Assembly: GCA_038496445.1 (NCBI GenBank)
Contig: JALMLS010000207.1
Coordinates: 54,490-118,489 of the forward strand
Length of the DNA stretch: 64,000 bases
Source: Trichosphaerium sp. ATCC 40318
Taxonomy: Eukaryota; Protista; Tubulinea
Direction of reading: 5' to 3'
In this document: in pieces, positions 37,444 to 49,449 of the stretch
Layout: every line of letters starts with the position of its first letter
Numbering within the stretch: the stretch's first letter is position 1
Program-made: the position numbers and the translations under genes
The notes under the pieces: generated by a model
What the model was told of the DNA's origin: nothing
Databases searched by the model: none
The model's input: only the letters and a program-made list of their open reading frames with translations

Positions 37444-37743
37444 CTACTGAGGTACTAGTTGATTCTTGACCTTGGTGAACCCAGAAACAAAGCTCGATGT
37501 ATCAGTCTGTCCTCCACGAAGCCTGAGTGCCAAATGAATCGTAGCGCCATCCCTAGCCCCAATGGAATGAAACGTATCAGCGAAATACCTTGGGCTTCCG
37601 AATACAAACCTACAGGATCCAGCAGGAATTCTATTATAATGATCCAGCGCCAATGCAATGTAAGCAAGAGGCCAAGTTGGTTCTACCATGAATGTTGTTC
37701 TTTTACCGGTAGTAATAGCCTTTATAGTAATTGTTATTGGCAT
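37444..37743 (-). CDS. Divergent ubiquitin-like protein with LRLRGG and a 21-aa C-terminal extension
   Basis: Aligns to ubiquitin (IKAITTGKRTTFMVEP...IP...RFVFG...TIHLALRLRGG). Intronless. Confidence 0.85.
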   Translation of the reverse strand: MPITITIKAITTGKRTTFMVEPTWPLAYIALALDHYNRIPAGSCRFVFGSPRYFADTFHSIGARDGATIHLALRLRGGQTDTSSFVSGFTKVKNQLVPQ

Positions 37744-37748
37744 TTGTT

Positions 37749-37758
37749 GTCACGTGAT
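37749..37758. promoter_or_regulatory. E-box/CLEAR-like GTCACGTGAT just upstream of the ubiquitin-like ATG
   Basis: The motif lies 5 nt from the start codon. The same core recurs throughout the window. Confidence 0.4.
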
Positions 37759-39064
37759 AAACAGTGTTACACAGAACTTACTTTTAAAGTTATAAAAGCT
37801 CATTAAGTCAACATAGGTTAAGAAACAATTTTCAACAATTACTTTTCTCTTCAAATCTTACCATAAATATTTTCAGCGATTGGTTTTCACAGTCCAATTT
37901 ATTACTAGGTTCCTCTGTTGGTGGCGAAAGTGTAATCGCTTTGCCATAAATATTTATTGATTTAAAGAAGAAGTACATGACACATTTTTCTCGCAAACTC
38001 TGACATTTGATTAATGTAACTTTAGGCTTCCAATGCAGCACGCAATATAAGGAACTCTAGCCTACAGATACGTCAGACGGCGTATGATAACTTGATAGCC
38101 TCGCTGGTTCCAAATTGTTAGCTAAATACTGAACAATTGTAAGGTTGCTAGTCAGCAACAGGTGAGCAATTACGACCCGCTTTCATTGCCAAATATCAAA
38201 AAGTCACAACTGAAAGTATAGTACGCAGCTATTGTTGAACTAGTACTCTTTGTGTGGACTTTTGTTTCGGTGTTCTAAATGCCGCTCAAAAGATGCTGTG
38301 GATAATTTAAAGTCACTAATTGTTGTGTGCAACATATTCAACAACATGAGGGATATTTGCAGCAAAAGGTAAGGTGAAACTTCTGTTCATAATTCAATCA
38401 ACAGGCCAAAGCCATTTTTTCAAAACACAACACTAATAACAACTACAAGAATCGATTGGTAATGGCTGCAATAGGTCAACAAACAAGATCCTTTATTCTA
38501 GGAGCCGGCGTATGGAGCATACCTCTATGTAAACTTCTTCAACTTTACAGAAACCTCTTTTTGTGCGAAGATAAGGTACTAAACAAAGTGCACAAAGCTT
38601 AGAACATCTCCTGAAAGTATTTCTAGCTACAGTATTCGATATGCAACGAAACGAAGAGTTTGTATCTTGTGTGGCCGCAACCTAACGGTAACGAAAACTG
38701 TTTTGTAGTGGATAGAAACGTCATAGTTGAGTCGGCAAAACATGAAAGGAATAAAGGCACGTGAATCAATCAACAAATAGTTGATGTTGTTTTTTTTTAA
38801 GCGACATTCAATCTGTACAGATTCTCATTGCCTGCTAGGTCTTTTCTATGTCAATGCTTTCGGGACTAAGTTCACCCTCCAAACGCTTTACTACATTGGA
38901 ATGAGAGGCGAAAGACCTCCTCTAGGAACCTACCTGGTATCAATCAAAGGTACGTAGTACTCTACAGCCTCTAAGACTCACATGAAACTCCAGGAGATGC
39001 AAGTTGCATCAATCACGTAGAACCAGCGACTCGCCAACAGAAAACAGCTTCTGGTCTTTGTCGC

Positions 39065-39496
39065 ATGACTATTACCGGTGGAGAAATTGAAAGATTGTGC
39101 GTTTGCAGAAGAGCACGAAATCACTGTCAACCTATCAACACTATCGACAACTTGAACGTTAGCGAAGATGAGAAAACAGCCCACAAAGCAAGTTCAACCT
39201 CTCAGATGCTTCAAGTGTACCTTTTGCCAAAGTACACCGACAACGTACTCATTAAGTACTTGGACGGAGATATGACATCAAAGCTAAAGCGAAGCTCCGC
39301 TTTCAGATGTGCTTTTTGTCTCGAAAAGTCCTTCTTATTTGATGATCTCATGTTGCATACTAAACAAGTGCACAGTTATCCTCAGGCAACGGGAACTATA
39401 CCTCAATTCGAAGATCCTGATGATGGTCCAGCTAAATGGGTTGATAATCCTTGGTGGGAAACTGCATTGGAGAATTGGAAGAAATACTGCATGTAA
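39065..39496 (+). CDS. Small intronless protein with one C2H2-type zinc finger
   Basis: FRCAFCLEKSFLFDDLMLHTKQVH. Confidence 0.55.
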   Translation: MTITGGEIERLCVCRRARNHCQPINTIDNLNVSEDEKTAHKASSTSQMLQVYLLPKYTDNVLIKYLDGDMTSKLKRSSAFRCAFCLEKSFLFDDLMLHTKQVHSYPQATGTIPQFEDPDDGPAKWVDNPWWETALENWKKYCM

Positions 39497-40046
39497 GATT
39501 AAAAACACTTATGAATCCTGCAGATAGCATTGAATAAAAATCGCAGCATAATCATTAATCAGTTAAGCTTAGTCGTTCATTCAAGTTGTACACCCTTTTT
39601 TTGAGTGAGTATCTATGGCAATAGTTGAGATTACAATGCGTTATGAGCAGCTGGCTTAAGGCGAAAAACACTACGTAAAACTAAACAAGACGCTTACTGC
39701 TGTAAGCTACACAAGAGCTTACTCTAGAACTTTTGTTTTTGTAAACTGATAGTATGCTGTCATCGTTAAAATAACTATCGTTAGGAACTTCAGGCGCTAT
39801 CGCTATCGGCACATTTGGGTGTTGTTAATCACCTCGATTCTAAAAGTTGCAATGGCTTGTACTTGTAGATAGTTTAGGCATTGTAATACTATGACTGACG
39901 CATACAAATGACGTCATTTAAACGAAAGATACAATTTTCTGGTTTTTTTCCTGTTGCTGAGCTAGCTAAGTATCGTCGTTCTGCTAGAAAACCTAGCCAA
40001 TCGTTACCCTAGAGACTTGAAGATAACTTGAGACAGTTGATCTAAC

Positions 40047-40260
40047 GTGGACGTGTTTGGCCTAGAATTGGTACACACCAAGAAGGACCAGAGCCAGACT
40101 ATCTACCCCCCAAGAACTAAAGAGAAGGAGATGGGGAGCGAAGCGGCGGTGGTGGGCTATTCGGTATGACAGGTTTATTGGTTTGGTTTGTCGGATAGTA
40201 CACAAGAGTTGTGTACGATGTTGAAAACGAAAGTGACTAAACGGTCCACTCTTTTCTTTT
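40047..40260 (+). ncRNA. Candidate structured non-coding RNA of unknown class
   Basis: GC-richer island with a closing stem (40047-40060 with 40237-40249), internal hairpins at 40157-40198 and 40198-40216, and a T-run immediately downstream. Confidence 0.4.
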
Positions 40261-40482
40261 TCACCCGAAATAAACGTGAAACATTTATTTCGCCGTTAAT
40301 TGCTCAAATATGAAGGCAAAAAACTGACAGACTGGCGGCGTTGTCACAACATCTGGAAACGTACGTTTGGTTTTTTAGAGCGTCTGGTTATGTACATGGT
40401 CCATTAAAGAAAAATAGGAGATATCTATTAACTTAATCACGTTTCTAGGCTACAATGTTTATTTTGTTGACACAAATACTAT

Positions 40483-41076
40483 CTAGTACAAATAAGGTAT
40501 CAACCTTTTTGACGATTGCATGTATTGCTTGTACTCATCCCCAAAGTTCGCTAACATCATTTTTTCTTCTTCATTAACTCTAAGAAAGTACAATGTTCCA
40601 CTCGTCACTAGACCAGAGAAACCCGCTACATAATTTTGTAGTACCAACGCTTGTACAATCACCCATATCCAAATAGAGGTATACATAGGATGTCTGATAT
40701 ACTTGTATACACCGCCTGTAACAAGACTGTGCTTTTCTCGGATTTCAAGTGAAACACTCCAATTCGTACCAAGGTCTTTATGTGATCTATAAAACAGCCA
40801 CATAGACAATGGCATTAAACAAATGCCAATGAAACCAGCTTCTGGGCAATCGGGGTAATTGGCAAACTCAAGCAAGCTTGGGAAAATCATGTTCAAAGGA
40901 GGGAGTCCACCCATGCCAATTGAAACTATAACCAACATACATTTTTCCACAAACCCTTTGTTGTCCTGCACAACTTTCTCATTCTTACTTTTTCTTTTAT
41001 GAGGATAACGGATTATTGTCAATGCCGCCACAAAGAGAAAATATGATATCTGCATTCCAATCCTAAAGTACTTCAT
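40483..41076 (-). CDS. Isoprenylcysteine carboxyl methyltransferase (ICMT/Ste14 family), intronless, bacterial-like
   Basis: Multi-TM protein with SHKDLGTNWS, HSLVTGGVYKYIRHPMY and RVNEEEKMMLANFGDEYKQYM. Confidence 0.9.
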   Translation of the reverse strand: MKYFRIGMQISYFLFVAALTIIRYPHKRKSKNEKVVQDNKGFVEKCMLVIVSIGMGGLPPLNMIFPSLLEFANYPDCPEAGFIGICLMPLSMWLFYRSHKDLGTNWSVSLEIREKHSLVTGGVYKYIRHPMYTSIWIWVIVQALVLQNYVAGFSGLVTSGTLYFLRVNEEEKMMLANFGDEYKQYMQSSKRLIPYLY

Positions 41077-41734
41077 CGTTTACAGAAGGTATTGCTATCT
41101 CTTGAATGTAAATTCGTGTTTGATTTTCCACGCGACCCTTCTTTCCTGTTTTGCTCTCCACGCGACAACTCATTCCGAATATAGAATCACGTCATATCTT
41201 TGTTGCAATATTCTAGCCTAGGTTGTGGACAACTTATGCGTTGAAGGTGAACACAAGGTTTTAAGCCAATATTCTGTTCGTTGTAATAATTTGACCGACA
41301 CTGTACTTAACACAGCTTGTTTGTAGTCATTTGAGCTCTTTTTGGTAAATAGCTAAACCGTACAACCGACCTCTAAACGACATTCACTACTTGTTTGATC
41401 TACACCATAAAAGCTGAGGACATTACATTAAGATAATCAAACTTCCCAATATGCTTTTCTGGTAAAGACTACATAAAGTATAAAGGACATACGAAACGTT
41501 GGCTGGATGAGGAAGATAGTGGTGTAAGGGTTTAATTATTCAAACATACAAAGGGATTTTGTAGTATAGTCATAAAAATAAATGGTTGTTTGCGTGTGCC
41601 TTGGCCTTGATTACAAATTATTGTATTTGTTTTTTATTTACATGATGTTGTTTTACAATAGCGTATTCTGTTCAGAGTGCTAGTACTAGTTTGCGATTTT
41701 ATGTTGTTAGTGGAAGCAAGCAGAAAAAAAAAAA

Positions 41735-44657
41735 TCAAGGATTCGCCTTGGAAGATGACGTAAACGAAGAGAAAATAGAGGACACTGTGCTGATTCCAGC
41801 ACGAACAATTGTACCCATAGTTGTTACAGGCCTATAAATGAATCAGAATAAATAATAATTTGAAAAACAGAAAATGTGACTAGATACGATGTCTCACGTG
41901 ATACAAGAAAGAAAAAAGCGTTGTTACTTCAAAAAAAATTCGTTTGTTTGACATACCATTGTGCATATATCTTTCCTGATTGGCCATTGAATACTATTAA
42001 ATAGTCTTTAGATTCAAATGTATATGATCCAATATATACTGGTAAATATACAAGCATATGTTGTCGCTGTTGAAGCTCAATGTGAACGTTAACATTCTTC
42101 ACATTTTGTGCGTTATTTTCTTTTTTAACAAGAGCTGTACATTGCTTTAATTCGCTGTCACGAATTGTAGCCATACCTTAGAATAAAGGTTAATTGACAA
42201 ATAATTACAACGAAATAAACAAGTACTATATGTAAGCACGTTTAGTCGTAGAACGATCAAACTAATTGTTTTTCGAAAAAATCTCACCTTGACCATCCCA
42301 AGATTCTTCAAGTGGTTTATGTGAAAGTGGTTGTATATCAGGTGGCTTATCATCTTCAAACTTCTCCTTACGTGTGCCAATGAACAATGTTATCTGATCC
42401 ATTACCCATTCAAACGTATTTTGAGCCTAACAACGCTTATTAAAAACCATTTCAATCGAAGCCAAAAAATCCTAGTGAGAAAAAAAAAAGAAAAAAAAAA
42501 AGAAGCGAGCGAGACAAGCTACAGAAAAATTACGCCTGTTGACATACAGATACTATACGATCAAGATCCCAATCTCCATCTTTTATACTATCTTTTAATA
42601 ATTCTATATGTGACAACGATTCCAAGGCACCACAAACCAAAACATTCTTATAAGTAGCAGTCCTTGTACCAACATGTGTAACCCAAGTTCTTAGCGTTGT
42701 ATTCACCTGTTCAAATATGTTAACACTTTAAATCAGTTAAGCATAGTATAAACACATACCTGAGGTGCCATACGATCACACAAGGCTTCACCAGTGTACT
42801 TAACATCAATGTCTGCCTTAAACAGCCAAAAAGGAATGAAAGTTGGCTTCACTCTCTTCAACGTTGCATGTGTTACAAACCTACATAAACACACTGAGCT
42901 CACTGGTTTTGAGTGAATTTGATCCTAACGTACTTTGTAGGTGTGAAGAATAGAGACTCGCACCACTTTCTAAACAGTTTTTCCAAGTGTGACTGTTTGA
43001 TTTCAAACTTTCCATATTTCATAATATCAACTGACTGACGAACTGGATGTCTTTGATTATCTTCATTATCAGTCGCTTCAGGGTCATCTTCGGAAGGTGA
43101 TACAATATCCATAGACTCTCTTCTAGGTGATGGAATAGTATTTGACGCTTGTCTATCGCCTTGACATGAAATCAGAACAAAAATTGATTCAATCAAATTA
43201 TACAAAATTCTGGCGTGTTCGCATTTTGTGGCGTACCTGTTGATGAATTGCTGTTGGTTTGTAAAATTACTTCTGGTTCATTAAGAAGTGGAGAACGACC
43301 TCTATTAGGTTGCGTTAATATAGGAGGCGGTGGAGAACTGCTTGGTTCATCAAGAGATCTAAGAGAAGGCATCCGTTGGGCTATTTGATTTATTGTAGGT
43401 GCGGAATGTTCTAAACACATTAGATACCTACAAAACTATTTCTACACGGAAAGTAAACAGTCCAAACTAATGTGCTTCTCTTTTCCTCAACTCCTACGCC
43501 ATCAGTGTAAAAAATTGTTATCACCAGAATAGAACCTTGAGGTATTTGCTCTTTTGTAGAATGACTGGAGTTGAGGAAAAAGAAAACAGAGTATGGATGA
43601 TGTAATTGTTTCTCCTTTCTCTAAATTTTCTGGTTGTTCTAACTTACTGATAAGCGTACCTCCAATACCAACTGCCCTTCCTAAATACCCCAACACTGAA
43701 GGAGAATTCCCAGGACGCTGTGAAACAGTAAATAATAAAATTCAAAAAAAACCAAAAAAAATGTCAAACTCTAGAACCAAATGATCCAAACGTTGCCTTG
43801 AGTTTTTTTGAAACACAAATTGTTTCACACAACAAACGCAAAACAGTTGCCACCATCAACCAAACAAATACCGAAATAACCATATTTGGGAACTCTCAGG
43901 CGGTTTTTTCGCAACTTGTTTTTTTTTATCCTGTTAGCGTACCAAGAACAAAGGTTCCACTGGACTATGTGACCGGAATGGGCTGTTTTGAGAATGATGT
44001 GTGTCAGGCGGAGAGCGTGATGAAGGAACTTCATGTAGTAGCTCGTCTTCATCGATTGGAGGTGCTGAAGGAGCGTATGGTGAAGGTGGTTGATGTATTT
44101 GTGAGTGGTATTGACTGAAGAATTCTACCAACGTTAATATCTCACTGATGAACGCGTTGTTAAATGCAAGGTCATTCCCGCGAAAGAAAGCAAAACGGAT
44201 AGCAATTTAGTTGGAAATATTTCAAAAACGCGTACCATTAGTCTTTGGACGTTCAGGGCTAGCTGGTATACGCGTAGGTTGACTTGACGCAAGACTAATC
44301 TTTCGTTTGTTATCCTTGAGTTTGGTTACAATGCTTTGAAGGCTTGTGTTCTTCCGTATGCTTAGAACGCCTTCAGGATAGGAAGAGGGTTCTCTAAAGT
44401 AAACGTTACATAATAAAAAGTCTGGGAAACGTACATACCTGCACAACGGGCAATCAATCACGCAGTTATCGCTCTGTTTCCCTAAACACAGTGAGTCAGC
44501 CGTTAGAATTTACAATTTACGTACAAATGTCGATTAAACACATTGTACAATACGAGTGCATGCACTTTAATGTTCTGGGTTCTGTAAACAGTGATAAACA
44601 TACTGCACAAACTAATTCTTCCTCCAAATCAGCTACTAGCTCTGTTTCCTTTGCCAT
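41735..44657 (-). CDS. RING (C3HC4) protein with a Pro/Ser-rich linker and a C-terminal domain of unknown function, multi-exon
   Basis: LEEELVCAVCLSLFTEPRTLKCMHSYCTMCL...IDCPLCR; C-terminal FIPFWLF and LVYLPVYIGSYTFESKDYLIVFNGQSGKI. A single gene is inferred, not proven. Confidence 0.75.
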
Positions 44658-44808
44658 TGTTACAGAAATGGCATAGGCAAGTGGATAAACAGGCCAGAGA
44701 GTCCGTTTTTTGTAAGTCAAGTAAGAACGTTAAGTGAGTAGAAACGATTTTCTGAACGCAAATTTTTTTTCTTTCACAAAAAATCGTCTCTACGCTGGTA
44801 ATGAAGTC

Positions 44809-47318
44809 ATGGAAAAGAAGAATCAGCTTGTAAACTTATCAAAGAACGTAGCAGGATTAACTAGAAGTGCTTCGTTACGTATAAAAGCTAAACGAATATC
44901 TAAATCTATTGATGATGCTCTTGGTATTAACGCATCGCTGTCATTTCGCGAATCAATACAAAAAATGGAGGCTGACGTTAAACGTTCGTCTATTGACACA
45001 GATGAAAATACAAACTTCTATCTTGCAAATGCTGTAACGCCTGAACGTGTGGGCCACTTTTACGAGTATTTCGTAATTTTGGGTGCGTCAGACAAGGTTG
45101 CTAAAGAACCAACTGTTCAATACGTATACCCTGCACGAGCCTATGCGTAAGAAATGCTATGTTGTTGTACCAAAAACCTAATATTGTGTTTAGAAAACTA
45201 CTACCTTCTTTAGCTCAATTCTGCTTCCCAAAAGGATACGCAATTAAGGAAGTACAGCGTACAATGAGCTATACTGCCGTTAACGAGGTATGTATTTTTA
45301 ATTATAAAAGCGAGTTTATTGTTGCTCTGTGAGCGCGAAGCCGCTCCAAAACGCGGAAACCGGCTTACATATTGAAATACCTTTTTTTCTGAAAAAGCGA
45401 AACCAGACATGCCTAAAACGCTATTAAAGTACATCTAACACGTTTATTCACTAGGTACTGTACGGAAGTTTAAACGAAGCTGAAGATGCAGCGAATTCTT
45501 TTGTATTTTTACTATCAGGAGGCGAAGAGTTGCTCTATGGAGTATGTGTTACTACTACTGTAATGCTTGAAGGTTTTGGCGGTTCAGTACGTAATTTTTA
45601 ACCGTTTTGTCGTTAACGAATGGTAGAGTGGTGGATCTTCATCTGCTAGACGTCATGATTACGCTCAGAGTCAACCAAATCAAACAGCAGTGTTTGCTCC
45701 AAGATGTTATTGTTTTATTACAAAGTTTCCCTTTTTTCAACTTCATTTTGAAGTACTTTACAGTTTGGTTGGTATGTCACTTTTCCAAGTCATTTATTTC
45801 TGTATCTTATTTCTTCTAAGCTCAACAACGCTTACTTACTGTGAACGCCGCACTACTGGAGCAAGGAACGCCACGGATGGACAAACATGGAATCGAAGAA
45901 GGTATGGCTGAATTTATTCAGTTTTTTTTTATCTTCAAGTGTTTCTTTAATCCCTCATGTTTGGTGTACTTTATGAACTCTTAAGTAACTATATTGTGTG
46001 TATTAATATTTAATATTGTTGTAGGTTGGTTAGAAACGGCAGGAAAGTTACTGGAAATGTATTTTGCACATGCTGTTCCAAGAGAAAATAGGGGTATTGA
46101 TTTTCAGCTTCCAGGTGATCTAAGAAACGTCAAATTCAATTGTCCGGTACTAAAACTTATAAATTATATCTTTGATATTGGTTTACTTACACCATGATAT
46201 TTAGACAGGTGACGAGAATAAACTCATTGCACAATTTTGTCAGGTATTGATGGAGTTTTTTTTTTCGAATGATTTTGTTGTTGTTTGTATTAAATCATTA
46301 TTTAGGCTACTCTTTTTCGTCTTCTTTCACTTCCTAATATCTTACAATTGGTTGGTTGTTGCTTGCTAGAAAGACAAATACTTATAGTTTGTCCTGATCC
46401 TGGTATATTGTCAGCAATAACGTACGTTGCTAAGCAACCTATAATAGCACTCATTCCTTTTTAACTTGTTGTTTTAGACTTGGGTTAATACCAATTATAC
46501 GTCCTTTTACTATACAAGGTGCTTTTATACCAGTACTTCCATATGATGATATTTTTGTAACATGCCTTGATGCACCTGGTATGTCATGACTTGGTTTTTT
46601 TATTATTTTCTTTTTTGTTTACCACTGTCTCATTGTTGACATATACTGCTTAGTACCATATATTATGGGATTAACGAAGCTACCTGATATTGTCAATACT
46701 GAAAAAAGATTTTCAGATCACGTGATTCTAGATGTCACAACAGACAAGTTTAGATTACCCAAAAATTTTAATGCTTTTAAAATGTTACCTGATTATGGAC
46801 CGCTGCAACGTAGCCTCAAACCTTTCCATCAATCAATACATAAGGCTGTATCTTATGCTAAAAAGTTAAAAACTCCTTTTAAAAGCTCTACAGCAGAGTT
46901 ACAAGCAGTACAAGGTATCACTGATGTCATGAATACTTATAGTGTGAAACTGATAGAAAAGTTCGCACAAGCAGTTCCACCAAGTCTTCATGGTTCGAAG
47001 TACGTACTTGGTCATTTTTCAAATTGGTCTAATGTATTTATGTTTATTAGACGTTTGTTTGATGGTACACCAAACTCTACAATGATTGGAAAACTGCCGA
47101 GGCAGTACAGGAAGTTTTTTAAACATTTTATGAATACACAAATGTTTGTTACATACATGGAGAAATTCATGGATGTTGTTGCTGAAAAAGAACGTACAGC
47201 AGAGGCTTTATTGAATAAATTAGAAGAGATTATTAGAACACATAGCGAACATAGGGTTCGTGGTAAATCATATGCGGTATCACCTATGGGTCAAGTCTTT
47301 AATCGTATGAAAATGTAA
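44809..47318 (+). CDS. DENN domain protein (putative Rab GEF), multi-exon
   Basis: uDENN: FYEYFVILG, LAQFCFPKG, SFVFLLS...LYGVCV. DENN: APRCYCFITKFPFF, LLERQILIV, FIPVLP...CLDAPVPYIMG. dDENN: FFKHFMNTQMF. Confidence 0.92.
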
Positions 47319-47508
47319 AAAAAGAAGGAAAAAAAAAAAAGAAGGAAAGAAGGTCACTAACTTTTTTTGTAAATAAATTGTGACAGTTGATTGTATTTAA
47401 AAAGTATGTTTGTATATTTACTTGATAAAACATTACATATTAAGTAACCTCATTGGTGTTTCTTAGTAGTAATTCAGATGACATAGAAACAGACCTTAAT
47501 TTTGATGA

Positions 47509-48886
47509 TCATGGAGCTGATAAGAACGCCAAACAATTTTCAAGGCGACGATTACATGTACTTATTCGTTTCAAAGGGCACGTTTCTTCTTCACAGTTTA
47601 CGTCAACATCAGAGCCAGCACGAACGCAGCAACTAGAAAAGTGTAAAGAAACAGGATTATTTGCATGGAATTTTTACGTATCAAACTCTCCAGAGTTTCC
47701 TGAAATTCGCCCATCTACCATTGTGTTTTTGGTAATACTTTCTATAAGAATTCTATCATTTCCATCGCCACCAGCAACAATGGTATTCGCTGCTGATGAA
47801 GGTTCTGCAAAAAATTAAACAAACAAAAAAAAAAGTATTGTTTGCATACGAATGACAACTTCTGATACTATGATAACATCGTCATCGCCCTCACCAATTA
47901 TACTTTCTACAAAAGAGCACTTTGCACTGATAACATCATTACCACTACCGCCTTATGCACGTGTAAGCAGTTTGCTAGCAAAATACAAACAACTTTTTTC
48001 TGTTGAGAAAGTACCTGCAATACGCTGAACATCACTGTTTTGTACATCAATACAATCGTCATTAGAACCTCCAAATACGTCCCCTACAAAACTGTGTACG
48101 AATTCATAAGGCAGAACTTTAATACAGTCATCTCCATTTTGTCCACTCAAGCGGTCCCTATTTTGATACAAAACATTAAATGCGCAGGAACACTTTGCCA
48201 CTTACGGTAATATACCACGTTTTTTTTCACTGCCGATAGCCATACTACCTTCGAAAATGATATCATCATTTTGGTTTCCTCCATTAACTGCTTCGGTAGT
48301 AGATTGGGTGACTCTGATACAATCATTGCCATCGCCTGGTGTTGTAAGTAAAAAAAAATACAACTAATCTCACCTCCTACTATTCTAGTTGTAGTAGCTC
48401 CATCGATTACACGAATGCAATCATCACCTTCATTACCACTTATCTGACCAGTTTTTGCACTTGAGCCTCTGACAAGGATACAATCATCACCATCAGTTCC
48501 AATAACTAAATCAACAGTAGTCTCAATAATAACGCAAGTGCCAATATCTTCGAGCCTCACTTAACAAACTCTTTTAATAAACACCAAATGTACTAAATTG
48601 ACAGAAAAGTATAAAAATATCAAAGTTCTTCAAACATAAAAAAAAAATAGGAGCTTACCGAAATTTGAGCCATCAGGTGTTGCTATATTACAATTATTTT
48701 CGAAATCGCATGTAGTACACGCCATACACCTACAATCACACCCAGGCACTTCAGGTAAGCCTGGCTGCGCGTAAAAAAGGCTTGGAACTAAGTTGGTGTA
48801 AACGCTAAGATAATTTGTTATTAATCTTGATTGGTACAAAAGGAAAGCCAAAGTATGAATATCTTATGAATAGATGTTGTTTCCAT
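47509..48886 (-). CDS. Secreted Cys-rich protein with RTX/hemolysin-type Ca-binding GGxGxD repeats, multi-exon
   Basis: Spliced signal peptide METTSIHKIFILWLSFFPSLFYAQP; repeats GTDGDDCI, SGNEGDDCI, GGDGNDCI, SGQNGDDCI, GGSNDDCI, GGSGNDVI, GGDGNDRI. Confidence 0.75.
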
Positions 48887-49449
48887 TGTTTTAATTGCTG
48901 TATATCTCTGTGCGCTGAATAGGCTACAAGTCCTTTTTATGAGCCCCACACTGTCTCAATGAATATTTTTACACAATGTGATGCTATACAGAACGGTTTG
49001 AGGTTAAACAGATGGCCACATTGTGTTGTAGGGTTTTCTGTAAAAGTCCGAAAACTCATATTTTTTTTGTGCACTATAGAGTAAATAACATAATTCTCCA
49101 CACAAACGAGTAATTATTACGTCTTTGGCAATGAGCGCACGCTACGATACTTACGGTATGTTTTAATACAGCAATAATTAAGTACAGCCTCAACCTGCTT
49201 TAAAAGCACCTACCAGGCGTTAATAGCGCTGTTGTATTTATTTGCGATAGTTTTTTCACCCAACACAGGTTAAATAGAAGAAGCATACGCAAATGGTGTG
49301 CGTAGTGTAGATTTGATATCTGTGCGCAGCAAGACAAGCTCTTGTCGTGGCTAGAACTCTTTTTTTTTTCTTCAATTTCAATCACGTGATTTTCTGTTTG
49401 AAGAAACCCAAACATGCTAATGTAGTCGTAGGAAACTTGAAACCCCACG

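Noticed and set aside
38895-38945. GAGGCGAAAGAC hairpin resembling an LSU rRNA fragment
   Set aside because: The match is about 10 nt and the flanks are not rRNA-like.
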